From contig OZ024745.1 in the NCBI GenBank assembly GCA_964016885.1, positions 113,584,001 to 113,648,000 of the forward strand: a DNA stretch of 64,000 nt, given 5' to 3'. Positions 14,140-26,244 of the stretch are shown in pieces (position 1 is the stretch's first letter; the number at the start of each line of letters is the position of its first letter). Made by a program: the position numbers and the translations under genes. The notes below the pieces were generated by a model, which was not told the DNA's origin, did not search any database, and was given only the letters and a program-made list of their open reading frames with translations. The DNA comes from Eledone cirrhosa. Lineage: Eukaryota.

Positions 14140-17100
14140 ACTATCCACGGATCGAAGCTGGAAATAGTAGATGAGGCTAGCCATATGGTTATGTTGGAAG
14201 CGCCGGACAAAGTGAATAAACTTATCTTGGAATTTATTTGCTCACGTGGATCCCACAAACTACCTGATGTCAAAGAATTGGCAGAGGAAGGAATAGAAAC
14301 ACCACAAAGATCAACAGGGAACGACAGACAGTTGGAGCCATCACATGGAGGCAATGAGCAAGCACCATCTCCCGAAACCTCAACGCACAAATGGACCTCA
14401 GTACATACAGAAGCCACACCGGGGTATGCGGAAGAGGAAAGGGTGGAAGACAGTGAACATGAGGAGGACGAAGAGGAGGAAGAAGAAGAGGAATACGAAG
14501 AAGATAAAGATAACGAGGATGAAGGTGAAGTGATTATCACAATTCCGTCTAAATCAAGTCCCAGTCAAAAGGATGTAAATAACATTGGAAATACTGCAAG
14601 ATATAGGTGCAAATTAAAGAAAGGTGTTGTCACCGGTTACGACAATGCGAGTTATGATTTTGAAGAGTCAGAAGGAGGTTTTTATATTTATAGAGACCAG
14701 TATGGTCAGAGTCATTATGTGAGTGCAGAAGAGTTCCACGAACTGTTTGATAAATCCAACAAGCAAACGAACCGTACGGATGAAACAAAGGATGTGAACA
14801 ATATTGAGATTAGAAGTATGACTATACCATCATTTGGAGATATAAATATATTTGAAAATTGCAAAGAAGCTTATGTTAAAGAATCTCAAATAAATGACCC
14901 GAGAGCAACTACCATAGGTAAAACCAAAGCCATTGATATTAATATCTTACCGCACAATCTCTCGCAAAATAGCTCGAAATCTTCGAACGTAGTTAGATGT
15001 GAAGGACAAATTGAAGCGCATGCTTTATATCCAAATAACATGTCCTCTTTGGACGTAAAATGCAAGAAAAGCATGAATAAACAAGAAGTAGATATCAATA
15101 GTACGCGCAACCTTGGCAGCCGTACTGTAAACCCGCATCCATCTGTCACGTTGGCCTTGGGACGCAAACGGACTGACTCACTGGATTACCTTGGTGAAGA
15201 AGAGTTAATTATCATCACATCAACGAAAGACAAGGAAAACAATTCTATGTTTTTAAAAGAATCTTCCCATGACCGTGAGACATCATCAATAAATAATTCC
15301 TCTCAAAATTCTATTTCAAAAAAAGGCATGTTGCAACAAATACCAAACAAAAAAGGTGGCAATGAATCGGACTACAGTTCGTTAAATAATTCAAGATCAA
15401 AAGAGGTGCCTATTAAATGTCAGTCATTACATTCAGAATTAGTTCAAAAACTCAATGCAAAACTGAATGTGCAAGAAAGAAGACATATCCCGGAAGCAAA
15501 TGCTGGAACTAAAAAATCACACTCTCTAATATCTGAGGAAGAGTCTGTTGGGGTTCCTCATAGGGGTTCCTCATTCTTGGAATCCAGAAAGCTGATGGAA
15601 GAACATTTTTCAAAATCAGCGTTCAAAATGAGAATTGGTGGTCGTCCAGTTATTCCACCTCTTGGGGCCCCGATCTCTCAGTATAGATCGTCGCACGCTT
15701 CCCCAAGGACAACCCAAGAAGCTTTTACATTAGCTAGTAATTCGGAAAATGCGAAATATTCAAGAGATTCTAATAAGAGGTCCCCTTCATGTTGTGGCGA
15801 GTCAAGCGTTGTCACGAGTAGCCCATCTTTCTTACAATCGAAGAAAGCTATCAATGAACATTTTAGCAAAGTTGGTTTAAGAAATCCACATTTATCATCT
15901 CCTTTACCTGAGATTAAGCACTCACGAAATAGCTCTGATAACAAAACACCTCCAGTATTTAATTCAAGAAAGAAATCCAATGATATGAAATTATCGCCCA
16001 GCATTATACAACCAAATAATGAAAATATTAATATTGACGAAACAGAGAGTCCGTCCAAATCCGGTCTTAATCTAACTGAATGGGTAGAACATCATTTACA
16101 CACAATATCAGAAATTGGTTTACCAACTGATTCGAATCCACAAGAACGTAGTCCACAAATTAGGCGTAAAATGTCTTCAACAATAAACGATAAAGAAAAG
16201 AAAATTGAAAGGCAAATGGGTCTTAGTGGTTGGGCAGAAAAGCATCTAAAATTGATTTCCGACATCATTACACCACCAACAACTCCAGAGAAAACGAATT
16301 CTCGTAAAAGCAGTGAAAGTTCTTCTGTTGATAATGATGACAAAAATACTGACAATAGACTTCTATTAAGTCGATGGGCGGAAAAACATTTAAAATTGGT
16401 TTCAGAGCAAACTCCTGATATTGCTTCCTCTAAACATACGCCTAGAGCTACTTTAAGAAAAGTTACATGTAGTCAAAATGAAAATGATACGAATAAACCA
16501 TTGAGTGTGAGTGAGTGGGCAGAGAGACATGCTCGAAGAGTTTCCAGCATGGCTACTAATTCGCCAGGTGTTGCTACACCAAATGCAGAACAAATAATAA
16601 AGGAAAGTAAACCAGAACAGAAAAATGTACATAGTAATCTCAGTGTGAGTGAATGGGCGGAGAGACATGCTAGAAGACTTTCCAGCATGGCTACTAATTC
16701 GCCAGATGTTGCTACACCAAATGCAGAACAAATAATAAAGGAAAGTAAACCAGAACAGAAAAATGTACATAGTAATCTCAGTGTGAGTGAATGGGCGGAG
16801 AGACATGCTAGAAGACTTTCCAACATGGCTACTAATTCGCCAGATGTTGCTACACCAAATGCAGAACCTGAAAGAATGGAAGAAAGAAAATTTGAATTGC
16901 AAGATGTACATAGAAATATTAGTCTGAGTGAATGGGCGGAAAGACATGCCCGAAGAATTTCCAGCATGAATTCTAACTCTACAACCAGCTCTACACTTGA
17001 TTGGCCTCAAAATAATGATGAAACAAATATATGTGAATCTACTTCAACTATAAAAATGGCACAAAAGAATCTCAGTATTAAAAAGTGGGCAGAAAAACAT

Positions 17101-18864
17101 GTGTCTATCGTTTCTGAAACAACTTCTAATTTGAATTCTGGATCCAGTCGTAACTCTGTTGAGGGGAATAGTGAAGAGCCAAACCAACACACTGTCTCGG
17201 ATATAGAAAATAAACAGAAACCTATAATCAAAGAAATGGAAAATAAACAAGGTGTTTCTAATCTGACTTCTAATTTATCTGGTGAAATTATACATCACGA
17301 TTCAGTAGCGACTAAAGACCAATTGGAGGTGGAACAGAAAATTGGGACGAATATATCAAATAATCAAAGATTTCTAGCTGACATAGCAATAGCAGACAAA
17401 GCCGAACACGTTAGTTCAGACGGTGATTCGAATTTGGAACGTCATCATAAGACTATATCTATAGAAAATAAGCATGATATAGATACTTATGGCGTTGCGT
17501 GTCTTCCGGAATGTGAGCGTAATGTCTCACGGACGATCGATAAAAGATCTAAAGATGAAGATAATAGTAAAGGTAACGACATAAATGATCAAACAGAAAA
17601 AAAAGAATTAGTCTTACAAGAACAAAAGAACATCCCTGTCAATAAACAAGAAAATGTGGATGCTGTAGATAAATCAGAACTGAAACCAGATATACATCCC
17701 ACGGAGGAAGAAATCGGTCATATGGAAGCTAAGACTTCAAAACAGAAGCTACATGGCACATCTAGCACTATTTCTGAAATATGTGAAGTAACTGAAATAC
17801 CACATCTTAGCAATACAGATCTCAATAGGTGGGCAGAAAAGCACTTTCAAAAGATTCTAAATGCCCATTCACAATCTGATCCACAGAAGCAAACTACACA
17901 AATTCAATCAACGCACCCAATTTTCGAAGATGATGAAAGGCGAAATATAAATACGCATTTAAGCCAAGAGAATACCTCTGAAATTACATCTGAAAAGCTA
18001 GAGATTGCTTCAGCAAATAATCAAAATGAAATAAATCAAAATGAAAATAAACCACAGGCTAAGAAACTGAAGGCAAAAAGTCTTGAATCAGAATCTGATT
18101 CCAGTTCGGATATGTATTTTGAATCTTGCTCCGAACACATCCCCGAATCTTCATCCAATTCTCAAATTAACGAGTTTTGTAACCAGTCATTTGATAACGA
18201 TACAGGTGATATAATAAGTTTAGCAGATAATTCACTAGCTTCTGATATGACAGGCAGCAGATTAGTTTTCGATGACAATAGCAATATAGTTGATTCTGAT
18301 ACAGATATATATAATGATCAGTTTAACACGGACGAAATTAACATAAAACAATACGAGCCAAATCCAATATTAAAACACGAATCATTCACAAATCCGCAGT
18401 CATCCAGATCTGCTGCATCAAAGTTGCGTTCGGCTTGTACACAATTTAATCCTAATGAAAATATAATATCTAGCAGCAAACTCCAAACATTAGATACTGA
18501 AAATAGTCAGAAACTCTTAGAAAGTGGAACTACTGAAGCCTCCATAACAAATCAAACTGTGTTTCGCTTATATAAAAATGATAGCAATGCTACTTTAACG
18601 TCTAGCCATAACCCTAATCTTTCTTTAGAGGATGTAGATAACTTGAACACTACACAACGAAAACTTACACTCCCCTCTGAATGTGGATTGGACGCCTCAA
18701 ATTCTACCCAATCTCAAGCTACATCATTATCTGGAAACAATTTCGACAACACTGAGATAATACAGTGTCAGACAACATTGTCTTTTAGAGAGGAAAATGT
18801 TATCGAAACAGACAATGACAACAATCTGATCGATAATTCTGAAGACAAGAGTCACATTCGATAA
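14140..18864 (+). CDS. ABHD8: Giant terminal exon of the ABHD8-like gene: end of hydrolase fold plus ~1,540-aa low-complexity C-terminal extension
   Basis: Acceptor tgttttcAG at 14138-39 in phase 0, matching the previous exon. TIHGSKLEIVDEASHMVMLEAPDKVNKLILEF matches the ABHD8 catalytic-His segment (GSHMVMLE.P..VN.L..EF). The frame stays open for 4,725 nt to TAA at 18862-64, which is very unlikely by chance in such AT-rich DNA. Confidence 0.85.
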   Translation, partial: TIHGSKLEIVDEASHMVMLEAPDKVNKLILEFICSRGSHKLPDVKELAEEGIETPQRSTGNDRQLEPSHGGNEQAPSPETSTHKWTSVHTEATPGYAEEERVEDSEHEEDEEEEEEEEYEEDKDNEDEGEVIITIPSKSSPSQKDVNNIGNTARYRCKLKKGVVTGYDNASYDFEESEGGFYIYRDQYGQSHYVSAEEFHELFDKSNKQTNRTDETKDVNNIEIRSMTIPSFGDINIFENCKEAYVKESQINDPRATTIGKTKAIDINILPHNLSQNSSKSSNVVRCEGQIEAHALYPNNMSSLDVKCKKSMNKQEVDINSTRNLGSRTVNPHPSVTLALGRKRTDSLDYLGEEELIIITSTKDKENNSMFLKESSHDRETSSINNSSQNSISKKGMLQQIPNKKGGNESDYSSLNNSRSKEVPIKCQSLHSELVQKLNAKLNVQERRHIPEANAGTKKSHSLISEEESVGVPHRGSSFLESRKLMEEHFSKSAFKMRIGGRPVIPPLGAPISQYRSSHASPRTTQEAFTLASNSENAKYSRDSNKRSPSCCGESSVVTSSPSFLQSKKAINEHFSKVGLRNPHLSSPLPEIKHSRNSSDNKTPPVFNSRKKSNDMKLSPSIIQPNNENINIDETESPSKSGLNLTEWVEHHLHTISEIGLPTDSNPQERSPQIRRKMSSTINDKEKKIERQMGLSGWAEKHLKLISDIITPPTTPEKTNSRKSSESSSVDNDDKNTDNRLLLSRWAEKHLKLVSEQTPDIASSKHTPRATLRKVTCSQNENDTNKPLSVSEWAERHARRVSSMATNSPGVATPNAEQIIKESKPEQKNVHSNLSVSEWAERHARRLSSMATNSPDVATPNAEQIIKESKPEQKNVHSNLSVSEWAERHARRLSNMATNSPDVATPNAEPERMEERKFELQDVHRNISLSEWAERHARRISSMNSNSTTSSTLDWPQNNDETNICESTSTIKMAQKNLSIKKWAEKHVSIVSETTSNLNSGSSRNSVEGNSEEPNQHTVSDIENKQKPIIKEMENKQGVSNLTSNLSGEIIHHDSVATKDQLEVEQKIGTNISNNQRFLADIAIADKAEHVSSDGDSNLERHHKTISIENKHDIDTYGVACLPECERNVSRTIDKRSKDEDNSKGNDINDQTEKKELVLQEQKNIPVNKQENVDAVDKSELKPDIHPTEEEIGHMEAKTSKQKLHGTSSTISEICEVTEIPHLSNTDLNRWAEKHFQKILNAHSQSDPQKQTTQIQSTHPIFEDDERRNINTHLSQENTSEITSEKLEIASANNQNEINQNENKPQAKKLKAKSLESESDSSSDMYFESCSEHIPESSSNSQINEFCNQSFDNDTGDIISLADNSLASDMTGSRLVFDDNSNIVDSDTDIYNDQFNTDEINIKQYEPNPILKHESFTNPQSSRSAASKLRSACTQFNPNENIISSSKLQTLDTENSQKLLESGTTEASITNQTVFRLYKNDSNATLTSSHNPNLSLEDVDNLNTTQRKLTLPSECGLDASNSTQSQATSLSGNNFDNTEIIQCQTTLSFREENVIETDNDNNLIDNSEDKSHIR
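16504..16970 (+). repeat. Coding tandem repeat, 138-bp (46-aa) unit, about 3.4 copies
   Basis: Units start at 16504, 16642, 16780 and 16921 (the third unit is 141 bp). Protein unit: SVSEWAERHARRLSSMATNSPDVATPNAEQIIKESKPEQKNVHSNL. Confidence 0.95.
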
Positions 18865-19339
18865 GCTTCAACGTACAGCACTATGACTGCTAATAGTTGT
18901 ACAACAACATCCACAGTAACACAACTTGTGGCCAACGATAGCCCGCCAAGCATAAATGCATTTAAAGCGGACATAATATTAATATAAAAGAAACCTATGA
19001 GATTGCTTCTGTCTTAACGTACATTATTATCAGCATTTATTTATATAATTATTATTATTTTTATTATTATCATTATTACTGTTGTTATTATTAATGTTGT
19101 TGTTGTTACGACACTGGACTAATTCCAAAACTATCCTTCTTGTTACAATGTAATTATTATTTGTGGTGTCACAAGCATTCCATGTATATAAAAACAAATG
19201 TTATTATTTATAATAATAATAATAACAATAAATTATTTATTTATTTTGCCATATTTGGCGACGGATGAATGGACATTTGAGGACAAATTACAAAGCAGTA
19301 AGGCTTTTAGAAAATATAATATGATAAAAACAAGCATGA

Positions 19340-21440
19340 AAAACAACAGCTCAAGTATAAGGAAAGAAGACGACCCAGTAGCGGAACAACTACCATTCAG
19401 CAATCTGAAGAATCCTATGATCATGTATTACCCTTACGGCCAAGCGAAAATGGTCCCTCGTATATTTATTCTATGGTGAATGCTGAGTATAGGCCTCTTC
19501 CTTCCAGCCGTAACCTCCATTCACACCGACCTTTCAGCAAATATGCGAGAGGGCTGTGCATCTCTTTCTATGTATACTCAAGTTTCTCTCAAAGTGGTAC
19601 ATGAAAAAATTGATAACATGTAGACTGAGTAAAAAAGTATCTTAATCTCAGTCATTTTAATCTCCTCCAGTGGAAAAAATTGTTTTCCCATTCTGCTGCC
19701 AGTTGCTTTAAACGTTTGCCAAACTCTCAGCAAAGCGTTTGATATTTACTTGTAAATCGCAAAGGGGAGACTATCTAAAGCCGTCGATTTTTCCCTTGCA
19801 CAACCACTCAGTGCCTCCTGTATCTCAACTGTAGTTTAAAGTGCCGGTGAATCGATAACTCCACCGTTTCTAACTCGCCTGGAATCAAATAGCTCACGCT
19901 AATTATTATCTGTTAAGGTCCATCTTGCATTGGTTTTTCACCGTGGATCAGCCATACAGAATCGTGGAACGACATTCGCTCCCTAGTATCTAAATGCATG
20001 CTGCTTCCCGTCGAGGAAATAATCATATTCGTCACTGTCAAGTCAATGGCGATACCTACCCTCGTCTGATCTACTGACTCTCTCCCCTCTAATCTATTTT
20101 TCTCTATTATTTACTTTTTATTAAACTCTCTTTATTCTAATAGCTCTCTTCAAGGTTATCCTTTTATTGGCTGTTGGCGATCGCCCACCTAGTCATGTTA
20201 CTGTAGATTTTCATTGTCTTCCTAACCGACATCGCATCTATGTTTAGTGACTTCGGGTTCTTACACAAATAGCCCTTCTTCCCAACTGACTCCAGATCAG
20301 GTGTATTTATGTAACCTAAATTTAGGGGGAAAGGGATATGATAAGCGGAGCGAAGGTATTCTTACTATTCATCCAAGGATAGGGGCTAATCTGGTTTTCG
20401 ACATTTCTCAAGGGTTGGTTTTAACATTATGTGGATGACTTTCGATTTGAAATCCCCACATGAATAATTTCTGATGTCGTTCTTGAGATAAACTCATCGA
20501 TAATCTCGACTTGTATGCGTATGTCCTTTTCTTTCTCTAAGTTCTACGTAAATTTATCGTTTTATTACATCATTGTAGTTGAGAAGACTTGTAGTTGAAA
20601 TCGTTCATGTCCTTGCTCTTATTGTTGTTTCTGCATCCGTTTATGTTATGATCGGTGTACTTGTGGGCTGCTTTTTCTTTATTTGGGGTTTCAATTTTAT
20701 TGATTTTGTTTTTATGTATAAATGGTTCCTTGTTTCTATACTTTGTAGTTTTTCAGCTGTCAGTTTTACACCCTTGTCGTTGGTTTTCCTTTTATTCTTC
20801 TTCGCTCGTAGCATGATTATTTGTTTTTATCTTTCATTTCGACCTAGTTATGCGGGGGAAAATCAGAGTTAGATAGTTTGGAAATTGAGAATGTCAGCTG
20901 TATGCCATGCATGTTTGTTCTGTTGTGTTTGCATTACTCTTCTTTGTGTTGTTAGTATTGTAAATAATCATTACTTAGTTGGTGTGGAAGACGATTATCC
21001 GATGTCACTCTGATCGGTTTTAATGCCCCTTAGCCTGCTCTCTTACTGTGTTGCTTGGAATCACTGTTGCAGTTGTGCTTGCTGCCGTAGTTGATGTTAT
21101 GTTTGAAGTGTTAGACGAAAAGGAAACTTTTGCTGCTTAGCTTTTGTTGTGAGAAGGTGTTACCACATATGTAACCTGAGAACTCTATCACCCACAATGA
21201 GATACAGACGAAGATGATTAAGATGTAGGAAATCTTGTCTAAATCTGTTGTAGCTGGATAAGGATTTTATCCAAATTTCGATTTTACTTAGTGGTACTTG
21301 TTCACGTTCGGTATTCAGTCGCATTTCTCTCGGATAACATTACGATGGCAGCCATCAAATTTTTTTCGGCACATTCAACACCTTCACTGTCACTACTCAC
21401 TAGCTCCTGTATGTGCAATCGATGTCCCATATTACTTGTT
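19340..21440 (-). mobile_element. Heavily decayed Tx1-like LINE (ORF1 and ORF2 remnants)
   Basis: Minus strand near 19760-19830 reads ~VEIQEALSGCA..KSTALDSLPFAIY (cf. GKSPGLDGLPYELY in the better-preserved copies). Lys/Thr-rich ORF1-like remnants lie near 20600-21400. Confidence 0.6.
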
Positions 21441-21444
21441 GGGC

Positions 21445-22740
21445 TTTATGTGCTCTGGAGGTAGATGACATCAAGAACAAAAAGATGAAGGAATTGATAA
21501 GATCTGAATACATAAGAAGAGTAAGGAACATATTAAAATCACATCTAAATAGAAGGAATGTCATAAGTGCAGTAAATTGCCGAGTTGTGTCTATTATTAG
21601 GTACAGTGCGGGAATTCTGAAATGGAATGTTGCTGAACAAAAAGAAATGGATAGGAAGACTAGGAAGCTATTGACTATCTACAACATGTTCCACAAGAGG
21701 AGTGATGTCGATAAGACTCTACTTAAGGAGCTCTGAAGGTGGAAGAGGTCTTATCAGCATAGAGGACTGTGTTCAGATGGAGAAAAACAACCTGCACAAA
21801 TATGTTGCTGACAGTAGGGAGCCAATACTCAGAATTGTACGGAAGGAGAAGACAATAGACCAGGGGATGTCCAAGGAGGAAATAACAACAAGAAGGAAGA
21901 GCAACCTTCATGAAAAATCCCTTCATCGCACCTTCTTTAATAAATGGAATTTAGCGATCCACAGACATGGAACTGGTTAAAAAGAGGAAACCTTAAAAAA
22001 GCTACAGAAGGAATGCTAATGGCTGCACAAGAGCAAACCCTCAGAACGAAGTGGGTGAACCACCATATTGACAAGGAGGAGGCTAGCTCACTGTGTAGGA
22101 TCTGTGGAGAGAGAGAGAGGATACTGTGGCTCACATTGTATCCGAGTGTAAACATCTAGCCCAGACTCACTATAAAGGCTGGATACATGATGTGATAGGC
22201 AGGGTGATCCACTGGCACCTATGCAAAGTAAACAATTTACCACATTCTTTGAAGTGGTATGAGCATAAGCCAGAGTCGGTGATAGAAAACAATCAGGTGA
22301 AGGTGCTATGGGATTTTAAGATACAGACGGACAATAAATTAGAACACAATAGGCTTGACCTGGTGGTTTTGGAGAAGTAAAACTGATCGTGCCTGATTGT
22401 AGATGTAGCCTGCCCATTTGACACGAGAGTGCAAGAAAAGGAGAAGGAGAAAATTAACCGATACTAGGATTTAAAGTGGGAGTTAAAAAGAATTTGGGCC
22501 TGTCAGGAAATAAAGGTCGTCCCGATTGTCATAGGCGCACTAGGTACTATCTCAAAGCGTTTTCAAGAATGGTTAAAGAAGATTAGTCCAGCCCCGCTTT
22601 TTGGAACATTTCAAAAGGCATGCTGAATATCTGAGGTGGTGGCTTGATATTCATTTCAGCAAACCTTCCAGTTAAATAACATCAATGACTGAGACTCAAA
22701 GAATAATAATAATAATAATAATAGTAATAATAATAATAAT
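21445..22740 (+). mobile_element. 5'-truncated R4/Dong-like RLE non-LTR retrotransposon with (TAA)n tail
   Basis: EYIRRVRNILKSHLN, RLYL...EGGRGL, EGMLMAAQEQTLRT, CRICGE...HIVSEC...HD (zinc knuckle), LWDFKIQTD...NR.D.VV (RLE). Several frameshifts. (TAA)n at 22703-22740. Confidence 0.88.
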
Positions 22741-23095
22741 GATGATTTCATTTATTGGTCACAAGGGCCGACATGTAGAGTACAATACAAAGACACGGAC
22801 AGTGGGGTTTACAATAAGGTCGAGTAAAAGAGCACAATGGCAAGACTAATTTAACAATGAAGATATAAAAATATAAAATAAACTACGCATAAATATAACA
22901 AAATAAATTCACCTATAGGGGGGGGGACTCAGGGGTGACTCAGGTACCCCACCAATTCTGAACCACCCTGCGCTTCTAGGGCACCTAGGGAGAGCACCCA
23001 TCTCCTCCTCAAATTAGCTATCCTATAGGCGCATGGTCAGATTAGGCCCATTGACACGGGCCATTCTAGCTACATTCATCCACCTTTTAGCAAAT
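22741..23095 (-). mobile_element. 5'-truncated Tx1-like 3' end inside a (TAA)n tract
   Basis: FAKRWMNVARMARVNGPNLTMRL* matches the C-termini of the 43-46 kb and 57-62 kb elements. 3' end GGCCCTTGTGACCAATAAATGAAATC. Confidence 0.85.
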
Positions 23096-23127
<32 letters not shown>

Positions 23128-23132
23128 TATTA

Positions 23133-23167
<35 letters not shown>

Positions 23168-23494
23168 AAAAAGATATGCAGCAGAAAAATACAGAACCCA
23201 AACCCAGAGTTGCAACATACAGAGAATACGACCCACATTACATAAAATACTGCTAATAAACTAGAAAATATAAAAGAAATATGAACATTGCACAGACCCA
23301 AGGCACACATAGATTCATTCAGTAGTGCTTTGAAAGCACTCATTAAAACAAGATTATTGAATGATCACCTTAATAAGTATTCAATAATTATTATGATGAT
23401 CTGTTACTACAATTGTATTCCTGCTTTCTTGAAAACAACAGACGTCAGTGATTCAGAGATAATAGACTAATACATATCGTTATTGTTCAGAATT

Positions 23495-23570
<76 letters not shown>

Positions 23571-23599
23571 GTATGTATATATGTATATGTATGTATATG

Positions 23600-23656
<57 letters not shown>

Positions 23657-23944
23657 GTATGTATATATGTATATGTATGTATATGTATGTATATATGTAC
23701 ATATATACATATAATTATACATCCATATATACATACATGCGTATATATATATATATTAATCTACCTACGTATCGTATTTGTTGCAGAAGAAAAGGCAAAA
23801 GAAGTATTACAATATTCCAAAATGCACAAACGCATGTAATCTGGGGGTTTTGCGTGACTTTATATGTACATATATATAATTGTACATACATTTGACACAT
23901 CAATGATGTTCTGTGTTTATATATGTTCACACTCACACAAACGC

Positions 23945-24079
<135 letters not shown>

Positions 24080-24129
24080 TAATGAAATGACAGGAGGCTG
24101 GATTTGTGTAAATCCTTGAAAGGTTTATT

Positions 24130-24187
24130 ATACTATGATCATTTCAATGACCGGGTTCCGTATGAATCCGGTAATATCATCAGGTAT
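24130..24187 (-). ncRNA. Hammerhead-ribozyme-like motif (type I, minimal helix III)
   Basis: Minus strand ATAC-CTGATGA-TATTACCGGATTC(ATACG)GAACCCGGTCATT-GAAA-TGATCA-TA-GTAT: stem I, intact core, imperfect stem II, palindromic ATGATCAT, followed by AATAAA. Confidence 0.6.
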
Positions 24188-24245
24188 TCGAAATATAATA
24201 CGTGAATGTAATAGATAAAATCCATGGGGCTGAAATTCGAGGACC

Positions 24246-24293
<48 letters not shown>

Positions 24294-24327
24294 TATATAT
24301 ATATATATATATTCATATATATATATT

Positions 24328-24360
<33 letters not shown>

Positions 24361-24471
24361 ATTCATATATATATATTTATATATATATATATATATTCAT
24401 ATATATATATTTATATATATATATATTCATATATATATATTTATATATATATATATATATTCATATATATA

Positions 24472-24511
<40 letters not shown>

Positions 24512-24536
24512 TATATATATATTTATATATATATAC

Positions 24537-24567
<31 letters not shown>

Positions 24568-24703
24568 CATATATATATACATATTTATATATATATACAT
24601 ATATATATACATATATATATATATGTATATATATATCTATATATATATTTATATATATATACATATATATATGTATATATATATATTTTTTTTTTCATAA
24701 ATA

Positions 24704-24748
<45 letters not shown>

Positions 24749-25472
24749 ATTATTATTATTATTATACTTGGAAAGGGTCATATTTGTGTAATAATATTGC
24801 GGGAATTAATAACAGAACACACTCACTGCTTGGTTGGTTTTCGCTTCTGTGTCTTTATATATATACTATTCCGTCTGTCCCCTCACCTTCTGATTCCTCT
24901 CTCTATATACTATTCCGTCTGTCCCCTCACCTCCTGATTCCTCTCTCTCTATACTAGTAAATACAATTCCAAATAAATGTTTTTCTCTATATATTAAGAA
25001 TTATTTCAAGAGTAACTTACTATTTTGAAAATTTGGACTGTGAACAACAATTATAATTGAGTGGCTGCTATTTGCAGTATAGCAATATAAGGTTGCACTT
25101 ACCAATGAAACGGTCGTAAATACCTGGATAAAATCCTTCTCTTAATGCTTACCTGTGTTTTCTCTTTTATACTATATACAAATATATACATATACACACA
25201 TATACATATATATATATTTGTGTGTGTGAGTGTGTGTTTGTGGGCATGTGTGTGAGTGCGTGCGAGCGTGTGTCTATATTTCATACATACACACTCTAAC
25301 ACATGACGGGGGATGTTACAATTAATATCCTTCACTACTAAAACTTTTCGGCATTAACATCATTGATTTGATGAAGGGAGTTCATTTAAAGGAATACTAA
25401 TATCTGTAATAAAGAAAAAAATAGTAAAAAATCCACAATTAAAGATTAGAAGAGGCAACACCTACAATGGGA

Positions 25473-25618
<146 letters not shown>

Positions 25619-25661
25619 TATATACATATATATATATTTATATATATACATACACACACAC

Positions 25662-25692
<31 letters not shown>

Positions 25693-25725
25693 ATGTATAT
25701 ATATAAATATATAAATATATATATG

Positions 25726-25756
<31 letters not shown>

Positions 25757-25757
<1 letters not shown>

Positions 25758-25974
25758 AAGGCGTGTGGCTGAGTGGTTAGAGAATTGGATTCGCAATCGT
25801 AAGGTTGTGAGTTCGATTCCTGGACCATGCGATGCGTTATGTCCTTGAGCAAGACACTTTATTTCACGTTGCTCCTTCTACCTGGAGTTGCGACCGATAG
25901 ATAGTATTAGCAATTGGAAAGACCAACGGAAACATTGTTCCCTCGGTCCGATTTGACGAATGTCGATCGTTCCT
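25757..25974 (+). mobile_element. tRNA-derived SINE family B
   Basis: GAAGGCGTGTGGCTGAGTGGTTAG...GAGTTCGATTCC head and CORE/V-like TGTCCTTGAGCAAGACACTT. Almost identical to 33222-33444. Confidence 0.9.
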
Positions 25975-26015
25975 GTATATATATGTAAATATGGATACGT
26001 ACATATCTATATATG

Positions 26016-26057
<42 letters not shown>

Positions 26058-26208
26058 AAGTAAAATAACGGAGCAAAGGACTCGCGTATAATCCATTAAT
26101 TAAATGAGTTCAACGGAAAGAGTTTTCCTGGACACTTTAAAATAGAATATATAGAGGGAAAAGACACAGAAGAGTAAAGAAAAACACACTCTTATGTGTC
26201 TTTCCCCC

Positions 26209-26244
<36 letters not shown>

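Noticed and set aside
14136-17250. Antisense and alternative-frame ORFs within the giant exon
   Set aside because: Shadow ORFs of the coding strand and its tandem repeat.
25757-25830. tRNA gene (also SINE heads at 33222, 4425, 12693)
   Set aside because: A/B boxes are present but continue into SINE bodies with TSDs; no convincing cloverleaf.
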